From contig NC_068997.1 of NCBI RefSeq assembly GCF_001194135.2, positions 5,550,895-5,614,894 on the forward strand: DNA of 64,000 nucleotides, in the 5' to 3' direction. The notes beneath the pieces were generated by a model. That model did no database searches. It worked only from the letters and a program-made list of their open reading frames with translations, and was not told the origin of the DNA. A program made the position numbers and the translations under genes. Source of the DNA: Octopus bimaculoides (lineage: Eukaryota). This document shows positions 42,150 to 54,277 of the stretch, piece after piece (the stretch's first letter is position 1; each line of letters opens with the position of its first letter).

Positions 42150-42420
42150 TGGTTGTCCCCAACCTTTTTTCACTATATAGCTTGGTTTCATGTTAAACAA
42201 ATTTTTCCATGGATTGGGGCATCACATGCATAACAAAACACAATAGAGTGCTTAATATATAATCTAATTATTAATATATGATAGGTATGTATTACACATG
42301 TAATGCAAAAAAATCTTTCAGACTGCGATGGTCAATTAAATAGATATAAAATTTTAAAATTTAATCTTCCTGCATGGCCTGATACCAAATGATTCTTGGC
42401 TTGGTCCTGGGTGGTAGCTC
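42150..42420. mobile_element. Old hAT-Charlie-like MITE relic
   Basis: gtccccaacctttttt..ggtttcatg..aatttttccatgga resembles the MER1/Charlie-type left end (from memory); termini are decayed. Confidence 0.35.
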
Positions 42421-43525
42421 CTAGTTTAAGCAACAAAATGAATATCCCTGATTTTGGAAGAAAGTAAAATTATTGTTGTTAGTGATCCTGTCCCCATATC
42501 TGGTTGAGAAAAGGGCTCAGCATGGTAACACAACTGTTAGTTAAACAGCAAAATTATCATTGTTATCACTGGCTTTTTAATGTTTCTCTTGTTTCTCTTC
42601 TGTCTGTTTATGTATATTTCTTTGCACATGTTTGCATGTTTGCGTCAAGCACTAGAAAGTACACTCAGCAAATCAGACTGAATGTCCAATTAGCTGTGCC
42701 TAATTGTCCGCATCCAAAATGTTGCACCAAATTGTCTCATTCTAAGTTCTTCACCATTCAGCCATGACTGTATGCACATAAACATACACTTTGTATATAC
42801 TTTGAGAAATATTGCTTATCTTGTGATGTAATCACAGCCTTTACTTAATCTTCAATAATCAAATGTAAGAATGTATTACATATGTTGTATATGTAGTCTT
42901 GATTTAAAACATTCATTTTAAAGACTGGCTTTTTCCTCTGTGCTAATCTTTCTAATTACATACTTAAGTAACATAAGTATGTAATTAACTCTCAAATTAT
43001 TATATTTTAATTAGGTTGTTTAGAAGTATTTGTGCATGAAATATTAAAACATTTGTTGTGAATAAGTTTGTAAATATTTATAAATGCTTATATCTAACAA
43101 ACATACTTTTAACCCTTTTGGTAGCCTATTTTTATTGAAATACAAATAAAGGCATGTGGTTCAATTCCTGGTGATGTGTTGTGTCCTTGAGCAAGATACT
43201 TTATTTCATGTTGCTCCAGTCTACTCTGCTGGCAAAAACAAGTAGCACCTGTATTTCCAAGGGCCAGCTTTGTCAAACTCTGTATCAGGCTAAATCTCCC
43301 AGAGGTCTACATACATGTGTCGGTGGAATGTACAGCTACATGCATGTTTATTTCACAAGCAGGTTGTTCTGTTGATCAGATCAACTGTAACTGACAGAGT
43401 GCCAGTATATTTCATTAAAGTTTGAAAATAATAAAGAATTTAATAAAATAACTTTGTCACTATTAAGTTGGTGCTTAGAAGAAATTAACATAGAATTTTG
43501 ATACAAGGTTTTAATTTAGGTCACT

Positions 43526-43756
43526 TTAACCATTTAGCATTCATTCACATTATTCTGTCAAATGTAATACTTTTTCATTCAAATTGTTTTTAATTAATTG
43601 TGCATTATTTTGTAGCTTCAAAAGTTTTATGATGTGATTGTATATCTTTTAATAGCATTGAAGGATAGGTGCCATAGGCTGGATCTGGCTCGTTAGAACA
43701 TAAAACAGGTAGCATATTTGAGCTGGATATGGCTAGTTTAAATGCTAAAGGGTTAA
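43526..43756. mobile_element. piggyBac-type MITE; further copies at about 37491-37712, 60511-60742 and 29470-29660 (partial)
   Basis: TTAA at both ends (43526-43529, 43753-43756) with termini CCATTTAGCATT / AATGCTAAAGGG; internal sequence is shared by the other copies. Confidence 0.75.
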
Positions 43757-44368
43757 ACAGGAAGTTTGTATCATAGAATATGGGCAGTCTCTGGATTGTT
43801 ATCAAAAGAGTTAATGTTGCTGTGAAAATAGGAACTACAGTGTTCTTTGTAGAATGATCTGCGGATCAGCTCAACTAGTTTCAACTATATTTACAGTAAA
43901 AACTTGTCAGGATTGTTGACTGCAGGCAGACCGAGAGAAAGGACGGTGGTAACCTTGCAGTGACTTAAGAAAACTGCAATGAATAACAGGCATTGCTTTT
44001 ACTTGTTTGCACCAATACATTCCTTAATGTATATTTGTTCATTAAATGTACACATGTAAATTTGTTTACAATCAGGCTATTTTAGTACTTAAGGATGATT
44101 AACAAGTGTTGACAACACACATACTGATATGCATATGAGCAAAACAGTTCTTGTCCATCATATATTTTACATACATAAATGTAAAGTTACTATTTCTTTC
44201 TTATTCTTTTACCCCCCCCGTTTTATTTACTCTTCTCTCTCCTCCCCTTTCTCTAGTAAACAGTCCTGACTGGCTTATAAACACAGATGAAACTAGTCAA
44301 GTTGTTGTTCTTCAGTTTGTTCTTCAGAGAGTGACCTGTGGTTTAGTTGCTGGGGATCAGTATGTGTG

Positions 44369-44406
<38 letters not shown>

Positions 44407-44629
44407 NNNNNNNNNNNNNNNNNNNNNNNNNNNNNNNNNNNNNNNNNNNNNNNNNNNNNNCATGGCTGGCCGGCAACATATTTTTCTGCATTATATGGAT
44501 AATTTATCCTGATCAAGCTATTTATAGCATTATCACGCGTTTGAGAAATAAATTTATTTCTGTATCTTACAATACATCTCAACGCTTCTAAAAAAGAACA
44601 AACTTTGTTTGTTTACTTTCACCGTAAAG

Positions 44630-44672
<43 letters not shown>

Positions 44673-44673
<1 letters not shown>

Positions 44674-45614
44674 TGGGTGCAATGGGTAAATTGTCACCAT
44701 TTTATAATTTTAACTTCGTGCATGCACATTGTTTTTGATTTTGTCGACTACACGTTATAGTAGGGTCAGTTGGGCACCATCTGTGAGAAAAGCAACACCT
44801 TGACACAATTCACTCTGCCAGAAATTTGGAAATGACATTCTGTACTGTTTGGCATTCGTGCTGGAAGCTCCAATACGAACATTTCAGAATGTTGGGTGTC
44901 AATCTGAAGAATTGTATCAAGAGTGATAAAAATCAAACATCCAGTCAACATCATGGCGTTTGGAGTGATCACTAGTGATGGCGACATTATACCTCCATCC
45001 ATCTTCCTACACAGCCTCAGACTTAACACAGAGCAGGCCTACATTAAGTGCCTATAGGAGGTAGTACTAGCCTAGGTGAAAAGGGTGGCTGCTGGAAGAC
45101 CCTAATCCTGGCAACAGAACTCAGCACCATGCTACAAGCAGGAGAACCCAATCATGGCTGTCAGACAATTTCTGCAACCACATCACCCCTAACATCTTGC
45201 CACCTAACTCCCCAGACTGCAACCCCCTTGATTATTATGTGTGGGGTGCAGTTGAGCAAGTGACCAACAAAACTCCTTGTAACACCAAAGATGAACTGAA
45301 GGCAAGGATTATGGCACCATTCACCAACTTAAGGAGACCGTCCAGAAAAGTTGCAGGAGACTCCAAAATTGTCTGGAGTCTCCTGCAACTTTTCTGGACG
45401 GTCTCCATGCAAGCTTCTTACCAGAACCATGCAAGCTTCTTACCACACAGCCACACCTATGCTTATTTTATATATATATATATATATATACAGGGTGCGG
45501 TGAATAAATTGTCATCTAAATTATGCAAAAATGAAAATAACACAGACATCTCTTTTTAACAGATATATTTACCAAAATTACATTAAAAATATCTAAAATC
45601 ACCATTGGCTTCAC
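44673..45614 (+). mobile_element. Internally deleted DD37D (maT-like) Tc1/mariner element with inverted 3-prime end
   Basis: TA|CTGGGTGCAATGGGTAAATTGTCACC terminus; MAFGVITSDG and PNSPDCNPLDYYVWGAVE..KDELKARI motifs; second terminus TA|CAGGGTGCGGTGAATAAATTGTC at 45491. Confidence 0.85.
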
Positions 45615-46129
45615 TTTTGAAATTCCATTTATTGTTATAGATGTGTTCATCTTTTTGATATAGGAGAAACCATTTTTTAACAATACAAAGAAAATGGAGA
45701 ATGCATGCACAGAATAATCAATATATTTATTATAATAGTTAATTCATGTTACCTGTTTTGGTTGATTACTTATATCCATATTTACGCAATTAAAATTGCA
45801 TTAGGAAGTTGAAAAAGCAAAAACTTCCTCAGGGCAAAATTGACTGCTATTTTTCATATTGTAACTCTTAATGGATGGAGAATTCATTCCAATTGAATTG
45901 TAGCATGTGCATCTTGGATTCTGCTCTAAAAATAGCTAGAGATTGATTTTGACCTTCCTGGGCAAGGGATAGGCCTAGTTCAGAAGAACTAGGTCATGTT
46001 ACTATTCACCTTTTTTGATCATGTATATCAGCTTTTTACAAGCTAGCCATTACCTTCTTCTCTGTTCAGTATGTCCATAAACACATTCCTCATTAACTAT
46101 ACAGGCTTATATATACACACACACACAAA

Positions 46130-46348
46130 CGAGGGGGTGTTGAAAAGTTCCTGGCTTTGGGTAAAAGAAAATACTGGAGGATCAGTTAATTATGATGTTA
46201 TTCAATATATTCTCCTCAGATTCACACACTTATTGCAGCAATCCTTTGGTTTTTTTGTAAGTCCTGTAAAAGAACTCAGAAGGTTGGGCCTCCAACCAGG
46301 CCTTTTGTAGTACCCTTAAAGCCAGGAACTTTTCAGCCTCCCCCCTCG
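46130..46348. mobile_element. mariner-type MITE
   Basis: TIRs cgagggggtgttgaaaagttcctggcttt / aaagccaggaacttttcagcctcccccctcg. Confidence 0.85.
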
Positions 46349-47561
46349 CGTGCGCGCGCGTCTGTGTTTGTCTCCCACAACCACTTGACAGCTGGTGTTG
46401 GTGTATTTGTATCCCTGTAACCTAGCAGTTCACCAAAGAAGACCAATAGAATAAGTACCTTTATGCTTACTGATTGGTTCCTGTACAAGCTTTGCAAAAT
46501 CCAGAAGTCTTTCCCATACAGATGAAGGTTATTGAGTTCTTCAAATAACATGTCATATTACTTTGTTGAATGCCTTTATGTAATCTATGAAACATGTGAA
46601 GGTGTTTTTTGCATCTCTTCACAAAATCAAACTTCAATTTCAATCTCACCTGTTATTCTGCTTCTTGCCTGCAGAAGTAAAATTCTCAGAGTAATCTTTG
46701 TAACTCATGAGACTAATCTAAAGGACTATTGGAAATATTATCTTGGAAACAGATAATAGTTGGTGACAAGAGCTTCTGGCCATAGAAAATCTGCCTCAAC
46801 AAATTTTGTCTGGCCACTGTGTGGACGTTAATATGATGGTGGCAGCAATGATGATGATGACTGTGTGTTTGTGTGTGTTTGTGTGTGTATGTCTGTACAT
46901 TTGGGTGGTGCAGTAGGAGAAAACAAACCCTATACACGCCTTGATTATTTATTCTTTCAAAGCTGATGATTTACTCCATCACTACTTTGAATTTCTTACA
47001 TATTTTGGCTGATCCAGTCGACTGTTATTCTGGAGTTTCCTCACCAAATTCCATTTATTCTGCCTGATGAAATGACCAGGCATCTGGGGAAACTGCCATG
47101 TAACAGTTCCCAGAATCAGCCGAAATACATGATTTACTTTGGTATTGATGAGTATGTATGTATATGTATATCCCAAAGAGGGGGGGGGTGCAGAGAGAAA
47201 GAGAGAGTGAGAGAGGTTGACTAACTACTTACCTCCTCTGTGGACATGAAAGGAGATCTATCTCCTCAGAAATTCGGAAGCAATAAATACTACTCCAGTT
47301 ATGTGTTGAGTGCTGCTTCCGTTAGTTTGTTCACTCACTTATGTGCATATACATATATACATGCATGCATACATACATGCATACGTACATACATACATGC
47401 ATACATACATGCATACATACATTATATGTATTTGTGGTGTGAGTGTGTGTGAATAATAAGCAGTGATTAGGAATAAACAAACTTTAGGTTAGTTAAAATA
47501 TGCTTATGGTATATTTTAACTTCTAAAGGCAAATTCACTGCAGTTACTATGGAGAAAACAA

Positions 47562-47928
47562 TTCTCTCTTATAGTAAAAAGTGTAAAAACACCACATCTG
47601 CCCCTTGCTTCTCACTATCAGATTCCCAGACAGCCATTTCTGGTTTTAGAGTCTTTAGTGAGAAATACCTAGAGAGATAACCTTGATCAGATCAAAGCCA
47701 TAGCTGTTATATTTCTCCCAATCAGACAGTTGAATAGTACAACTCAGTCACTAATGTTGCCTTTTTTTTTTTTTTTTGGTTAAATCTATGGCCTTAATCT
47801 GCTTAGAGTTATCTCTCTTCTGTATTCCCCATTGAGGAAAGCTAAAGAGTCAGAAACAGCTGTCTGGGAATCTGATAGGGAGAAGCCTGGGGCAGATATG
47901 TTTTTACTCCTTTTACCATAAGAGAGGA
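47562..47928. repeat. Fold-back element with ~140-bp imperfect arms
   Basis: 47562-47703 pairs with 47786-47928, e.g. ctatcagattcccagacagc / gctgtctgggaatctgatag. Confidence 0.8.
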
Positions 47929-48287
47929 TTTTTTGGCAATGGGCTGGCTAGCTTGCCACACTCCATGTCTGTTCTTATTCTGAGTTACATAATTTCTGAA
48001 CATGTTTAGGACTATATCTCAGTACTGAACATTTCAATTTTGGTTTGGTTTCTATAGCTGGATGTACTTTTTATTACCAACCATTTTGTGTGTGTGTGTG
48101 TGTGTGTGTGGATATATGCATGCATCCATGCATGTATATCCCACAAGAATTTAGAAATTTCATGTTCTACTGTTACAAATGATTTGTTTCATGTCCCTTT
48201 AAGTAAATATAGTGATATATATATATGATATAATGATATCTCTCCATCTATGTATATACATCTCTCTCTTTCTCTCTCATATAAACA

Positions 48288-49607
48288 CAGGGTGATTACA
48301 AAGTCTTTCCCTGATTATAAACCTTTATTGAACAAAAACTTTTCAAGATACAAAATCAGTTTTTGGTACATTTACGACATCTGCCTAGAAGTTTTTATTC
48401 ACATAAAATGAAATTCGCTAAACTTCAACACAGGCCCCTTTTGTGGTTCAGAGCACATCTAATCAACATTCAATTTCACGCCATATGTTCTGAGGCATAT
48501 CAGTTGTTACTGATGAAACTGCTTCAGCAATCCTGGCCTTTAAAGATTGAAGATCGTGAACTGGTGTACTATACACTTTGTTCTTCAGATACCCACCAAG
48601 TCTAGCGGGGTAATGTCTGGTGAACATGGAAGCCATGGTGTTGGTCCACCTCTCCCAATCCACCTGTTTGGAAAAGTTTTATTCAAAAATTGGTGGATGC
48701 ATATACCCCAGTGTGGAGGACCCCCATTTTGCTGGAAAATTACGGATAACTGAAATTCCTCTAGCTGGGGTACAGCATAATGTTCCAGCATATCCAGGTA
48801 AACATTTGCTGAAATGGTAAACTCAGCAAAAAAGAAAAGTCATATGACCCTGTCATGCATTAGGCAGCACGAAACATTAATCTTGCAGCTGTCTATTTTG
48901 TGTTCTACAACAATGTATGGGTTCTCTGATCCCCATATCCTTACATTGTGTTTAACTTTTCCTGATATGTGAAAAGTTGCCTTGTCAGAAAATGCAACAT
49001 GTTGAAGATAGTCATTGTTCATATTGATTCTGCTAAGAGTTTCTTCAGCAAAGGCAGCATGTTTAGAAAGATCGTTTGGTTGCAAAGATTGAACGATTTG
49101 CACTTTGTATGCATGCAGTTTCAGGCATTTGTGCAAAATCTTGAAAATGATTGGCTACGGCACTCCTAGTTCCCTTGAAGCTCTGTGAGTTGGTTTCCTA
49201 GAAAGTAGTACGCACAGCATCAACAATCTCTTCACTTGATCATGTCCTGCCACTTCTTTTGAGGTCACCAACACTACCAGTGTCTTTGAATTTGTTATAC
49301 CAGTTATTGATGCTTTTAACACCTGGGGGATTTTGGCTGTATTCTTTTCTAAAATTTCGTTGAACAGTAATTGCCAACTTAGTTTCATGAAACCACAAAA
49401 CACATAGTGCTTTTTCTTTCATAGATGCCATTTTCATATGTTAACTTTATTTGAAAAAAAGAAAGTGCAATTAAAAAATAATGAAACAGCACATGTCAAT
49501 AATTCCCGACTTCAATTTAATAAACTTCTATGACAAAAAAGCTTAATTTGAAATAGCAACAATGATATGATATTTCAGAATCTGGGAAAGACTTTATAAT
49601 CACCTTG
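48288..49607 (-). mobile_element. Near full-length decayed DD41D (rosa-like) Tc1/mariner transposon, 1320 bp
   Basis: 24-bp TIRs cagggtgattacaaagtctttccc / gggaaagactttataatcaccttg with 2 mismatches, and TA on the right flank. Transposase pieces: HTH ..GSVGDLKRSGR, FSDKATF, QQN(D)GGPPHW..(41 aa)..SPDITPLD. Confidence 0.88.
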
Positions 49608-49765
49608 TATGTATATGTGTATGGGTTATGAATGTATTGAGTGTTCTATAGATATGGATTTGTGTATATATTTATATGCATATGTGTGTAGAGTTTCACT
49701 AATTATATATGTGCATACACACACACATACATTTGTATCTAATTTTTATATTTTTATCATTGCAG

Positions 49766-50065
49766 CTGTATGTGCCACGCGGCAGTTGATGTGCGAACAC
49801 TGTAATACAAATGTATGTAATGGCACTATAGAGTGTTTCGCTGAACCTGACAAACATACTCACTGCTATGCTACATGGCGCAATGGTTCCGATGGAGTGG
49901 AGATTTTAATGAAAGGTTGCTGGCTTGACCATGAGAATTGTTACAATAAGATGGATTGTGTCGCATCTGATTCGACAGCAAATGTCTACTATTGTTGCTG
50001 TGAGAGTGAAATGTGCAATCAAAATATCTCTTTTAAAGCTCTTCCACCACCCCCTACAGTTGCAG
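49766..50065 (+). CDS. ACVR2: ACVR2 exon 2, extracellular ligand-binding domain
   Basis: Acceptor tttatcattgcag| and donor CAG|GTTAGT. Translation ..CYATWRN..KGCWLD..NCY..DCV..VYYCCCESEMCN matches the activin type II receptor cysteine pattern. Confidence 0.95.
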
Positions 50066-52331
50066 GTTAGTCACTTTGGTCTCTTATTCACTGTTGAGTG
50101 GTGCCTGTATTTGAATTTTGTCTCTGCCAAGTGGTGGGGGTTATCTATCATGCTGGAGAAACCAGTTCAGAATTATGTCGCAGTTCAAAATTTTCTAATC
50201 ATCTGGGCCCCACCTTGCTAATAGATCTGCATTCTTATTCTGAATAGAGGTCTCATGTGATGACTGGTATATGGTATATAGCAACTGTATGTTTTATGGA
50301 TCTTATGTTGATTTGATAGTGAATTCCAGTACAATCAACAGAACCACGTAATCATTGTATTGTGGTATAACTGACTTGGGTATCTAATGTAATCCACTGG
50401 TAGAATCCACATAACATATTGTGTAACAAAACTGACCCTTTAAATTACAGTTGCAGTATAGTCATCAGGCTTTTTGCACAGCCTCCATCTTTTCAGTTTC
50501 ACTTACACAATGTGTCATCTGAGGTTGTTGGAATTGAACACAGAACCTTATGATTGAGAAAGAAAAATGTTTTTATCATTTGGATTTGCTCACACCTATC
50601 TTAATACATCCACCACTTGGTGGTCAGTTCCCTCTGCCTTTAGGGATTTCCCACCAGATTTGGAGAATGTGTGCACATGTGTTTGTTTACACTTGTGCTT
50701 CTGAATATCATGAGCTGCGAGCAGTGACATTCATTCCTCTTGCAACAAATCATATGACGGGTTTGCACATAAAATCCCTTCCTATAAACAGGTAAGGATT
50801 GAATACAAAAGGGACATCTGGCTATAAGACATTACCTCAATCATGCATTCATCTAACCCATGCTTGCATGGAAAAACAAATGTAAAAAACTAGCACTTAA
50901 TTCTTGCTAGTTTAAGTGCATTGAACTGTAAGTTAGTGCCACATGGTCATATGGCTTGTAGATATAAACAGTAGGAGTACTGTATAATTAACAGTTGTTT
51001 TGTGAATTTGGAATGCTATGTTCAACCTTTATGAGGCTAAGATATATATGTAGTCAGTTGATCTGTTAGAAATAACAATCAAATCTCTCAACCTACCACC
51101 TTCAAAAAAATGTCAAAGACATACTGTATAGTAAAAGTTTGAGACAAACAGTGTTTGAAACTGTAGGATGGTTATAGCAAGAATGTCTTAAATCCTAAAT
51201 CTACTAATTCAGGGCTAAACTCAGATTGGGATGAGTTCCACTATACCTAAGTTGTTCCTGATATACACAATATGAAAGTGGGTTTGAATTGTCCATATGG
51301 ATGGGCATTGTAGTGAACTGGTAGCTCATAGGTTTCCAGTTCAAATTCACTGCAGGCCCCCCTCATTGAGCCTCAGGGCCGGTGTATTGTAATTTGAAAA
51401 TGTCAAAGACATACTGTATAGTAAAAGTTTGAGACAANNNNNNNNNNNNNNNNNNNNNNNNNNNNNNNNNNNNNNNNNNNNNNNNNNNNNNNNNNNNNNN
51501 NNNNNNNNNNNNNNNNNNNNNNNNNNNNNNNNNNNNNNNNNNNNNNNNNNNNNNNNNNNNNNNNNNNNNNNNNNNNNNNNNNNNNNNNNNNNNNNNNNNN
51601 NNNNNNNNNNNNNNNNNNNNNNNNNNNNNNNNNNNNNNNNNNNNNNNNNNNNNNNNNNNNNNNNNNNNNNNNNNNNNNNNNNNNNNNNNNNNNNNNNNNN
51701 NNNNNNNNNNNNNNNNNNNNNNNNNNNNNNNNNNNNNNNNNNNNNNNNNNNNNNNNNNNNNNNNNNNNNNNNNNNNNNNNNNNNNNNNNNNNNNNNNNNN
51801 NNNNNNNNNNNNNNNNNNNNNNNNNNNNNNNNNNNNNNNNNNNNNNNNNNNNNNNNNNNNNNNNNNNNNNNNNNNNNNNNNNNNNNNNNNNNNNNNNNNN
51901 NNNNNNNNNNNNNNNNNNNNNNNNNNNNNNNNNNNNNNNNNNNNNNNNNNNNNNNNNNNNNNNNNNNNNNNNNNNNNNNNNNNNNNNNNNNNNNNNNNNN
52001 NNNNNNNNNNNNNNNNNNNNNNNNNNNNNNNNNNNNNNNNNNNNNNNNNNNNNNNNNNNNNNNNNNNNNNNNNNNNNNNNNNNNNNNNNNNNNNNNNNNN
52101 NNNNNNNNNNNNNNNNNNNNNNNNNNNNNGAGTCAAAATTAAAAGAAGAGTGCCATTTATTATCTTGGGAACAATCCTTTCTATATTAACCAAAATGAAG
52201 TAGATTGACAAATTTATTTTTCCAACCAGTGGAAGACACGCGAGATGTCGAAATATTGTTCCCAAGATAACAAATGGCACTCTTCTTTTAATTTTGACTC
52301 TATATCGGAGGAGTTACCTCAATCCTTTCTA

Positions 52332-52364
<33 letters not shown>

Positions 52365-52366
<2 letters not shown>

Positions 52367-52595
52367 GCCTGTTCGAGATAAACTCTACCGGCATGGAAGT
52401 GCCGTCAGCCTGGCCTGCCCGAGGTGCGCTCAGGACGACGAAACTGTTCTGCATGCACTCGTCCAGTGCCCGAGTATTGCTGACCTATGGGTTTATGTCG
52501 AACAGCTACTGTCACATGTAGGATGGATTCGTCTATCAGCTGAATCCATCCTGAAGATTGACCCGCTGACCTCCTTTAACCGGGAGGGCAAGGCA
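52365..52595 (+). mobile_element. Tx1/L1-clade LINE fragment (zf-RVT zinc knuckle)
   Basis: LPVRDKLYRHG-like stretch followed by CPRCAQDDETVLHALVQCPSIADLW; GC- and CpG-rich island preceded by (TAT)n. Confidence 0.75.
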
Positions 52596-53187
52596 CAGCT
52601 TCTGGTTCATGTTCATACCACTTGCCTGTTATTTCAAAGCCACACACTACATTAGCAGATTCTACATTTACTCTCTGAGTTTTGTCATCTTTGCCTTTAT
52701 CAGATTCATTCTAATGGCTTGTCCCTAAGCAGATTTAATTAGCATTTCAGTCTCCTGTTTCAGGTTTCTGTCTATCATCCATCAACATCCTTGGTTTGTT
52801 GCATGAATTGGCCAATCAATTTCTTTTCTTTCAATCTGTATGTTCTGTTGTTCTTCCTTCTGTTCTTGAATTCTCCTACTCTTTCAGTAACTTTTTGGTA
52901 TCGCTATCTGCGGATAGTTTACTACCTGTAACCTTAGATATCCACAAGCTTTCAATAATCTTTTAAGTGCTCAGAATCCTTCTGATAATCTCTCCTGTCT
53001 CTAAGAGGTAAACTTACTGTAGAAACTCTACGGGACATTCTATTTCAGTCTCCTTCAGTCATTTGTCTATATTGTTAATTCATAATGAACTAATTATTAC
53101 AGGCACAACCATTTACAGTTTTCACACTCCAAATTCTTACAATTCCAAATTTTAAGGTGTATTTTAGAAGTTTTTCATTTTCTGTTG

Positions 53188-53232
<45 letters not shown>

Positions 53233-53555
53233 CCTTTTTACTATAAACACAGGGCCTGAAATTTTAGGGAAAGGGATAGTCAATTACACCAACTCCAATA
53301 CTCAACTGGTACTTATTTTATTGACTCCAAAAGGATGAATGGTAAAGTTAACCTTGGCAGAATTTGAACTTAGAACTTGAACACAGACAAAATACTGCCA
53401 AGCATTTCACCTGATCTGCTAACGATTCTGCCAGCTTGCTGCCTTTATAATAATAATAATAATTATAAAAATAACAATAATAATAATATCAAGGTTGTTA
53501 TATCAATATAAATGTGTTTCTTCTTCTTTTTTTTTTTTTTTGTGTTTAATTTCAG

Positions 53556-54277
53556 CAGTTACTAAAGATCCTGTTGTTATTAACAAGGACCCTAACAAAA
53601 CACTGGTCACAATCATATGCGCCCTCGTACCAATTGCAGCTGCGTCCATCTTCATTATTGTTATGTTTTACATATGGCAGCACTATGACTATTTCCAGAG
53701 ATTCCATCGGCCGGTTTATCGAGAACAGATACCTACCATTGACCCAAATGTCATTTCTCCCAATCAATATCTTCCAGTCCAACTGCTGGAACTAATAGCT
53801 CGGGGACGGTTCGGGGCAGTGTGGAAGGCCAGTCTGGTCGATGAATATGTCGCTGTAAAAGTGTTCCCACTGCAAGACAGGGAATCGTGGCTCAACGAGC
53901 AGGAGATTTACAGTTTGCCACATATAAGGCATGAGAACATTTTGCGATTCATCGCTGCCAAGCAAGACACAGTTAAGGGTGACTTGTGGTTGATCACTGA
54001 ATATCATGAGAAAGGGTCACTCTGCGACTTCCTCAAAGGGAACTGCATTTCCTGGAGTGAATTGTGCAAGATTGGTGAAAGTATGGCACGTGGACTAGCT
54101 TTTCTCCACGAGGACATCCCACTAGTCCGTGGGCAAGACTTTAAACCTGCTGTTGCTCATCGAGACTTTAAGAGTAAAAACGTACTTCTAAAATCGGATT
54201 TAACAGCTCTAATAGCTGACTTTGGTTTGGCATTAAAGTTTGATCCTTCAAGAGCTCCTGGAACCACTCATGGTCAG
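53556..54277 (+). CDS. ACVR2: ACVR2 exon 3, transmembrane helix and kinase subdomains I-VII
   Basis: Poly-T tract with tandem acceptor ttcagCAG (start at 53556 or 53559) and donor CAG|GTAAGA. Contains [55 protein letters not shown] and ADFGLA. Confidence 0.97.

Noticed and set aside
44270-44310. cctgactggc..gatgaaactagtc hammerhead-like string
   Set aside because: The core is not CUGANGA and the stems do not pair.
49609-49765. Met-initiated N-terminus of ORF 49609-50070
   Set aside because: Intronic TA/TG-rich sequence in front of a clear acceptor at 49765; the real N-terminus comes from 8660-8711.
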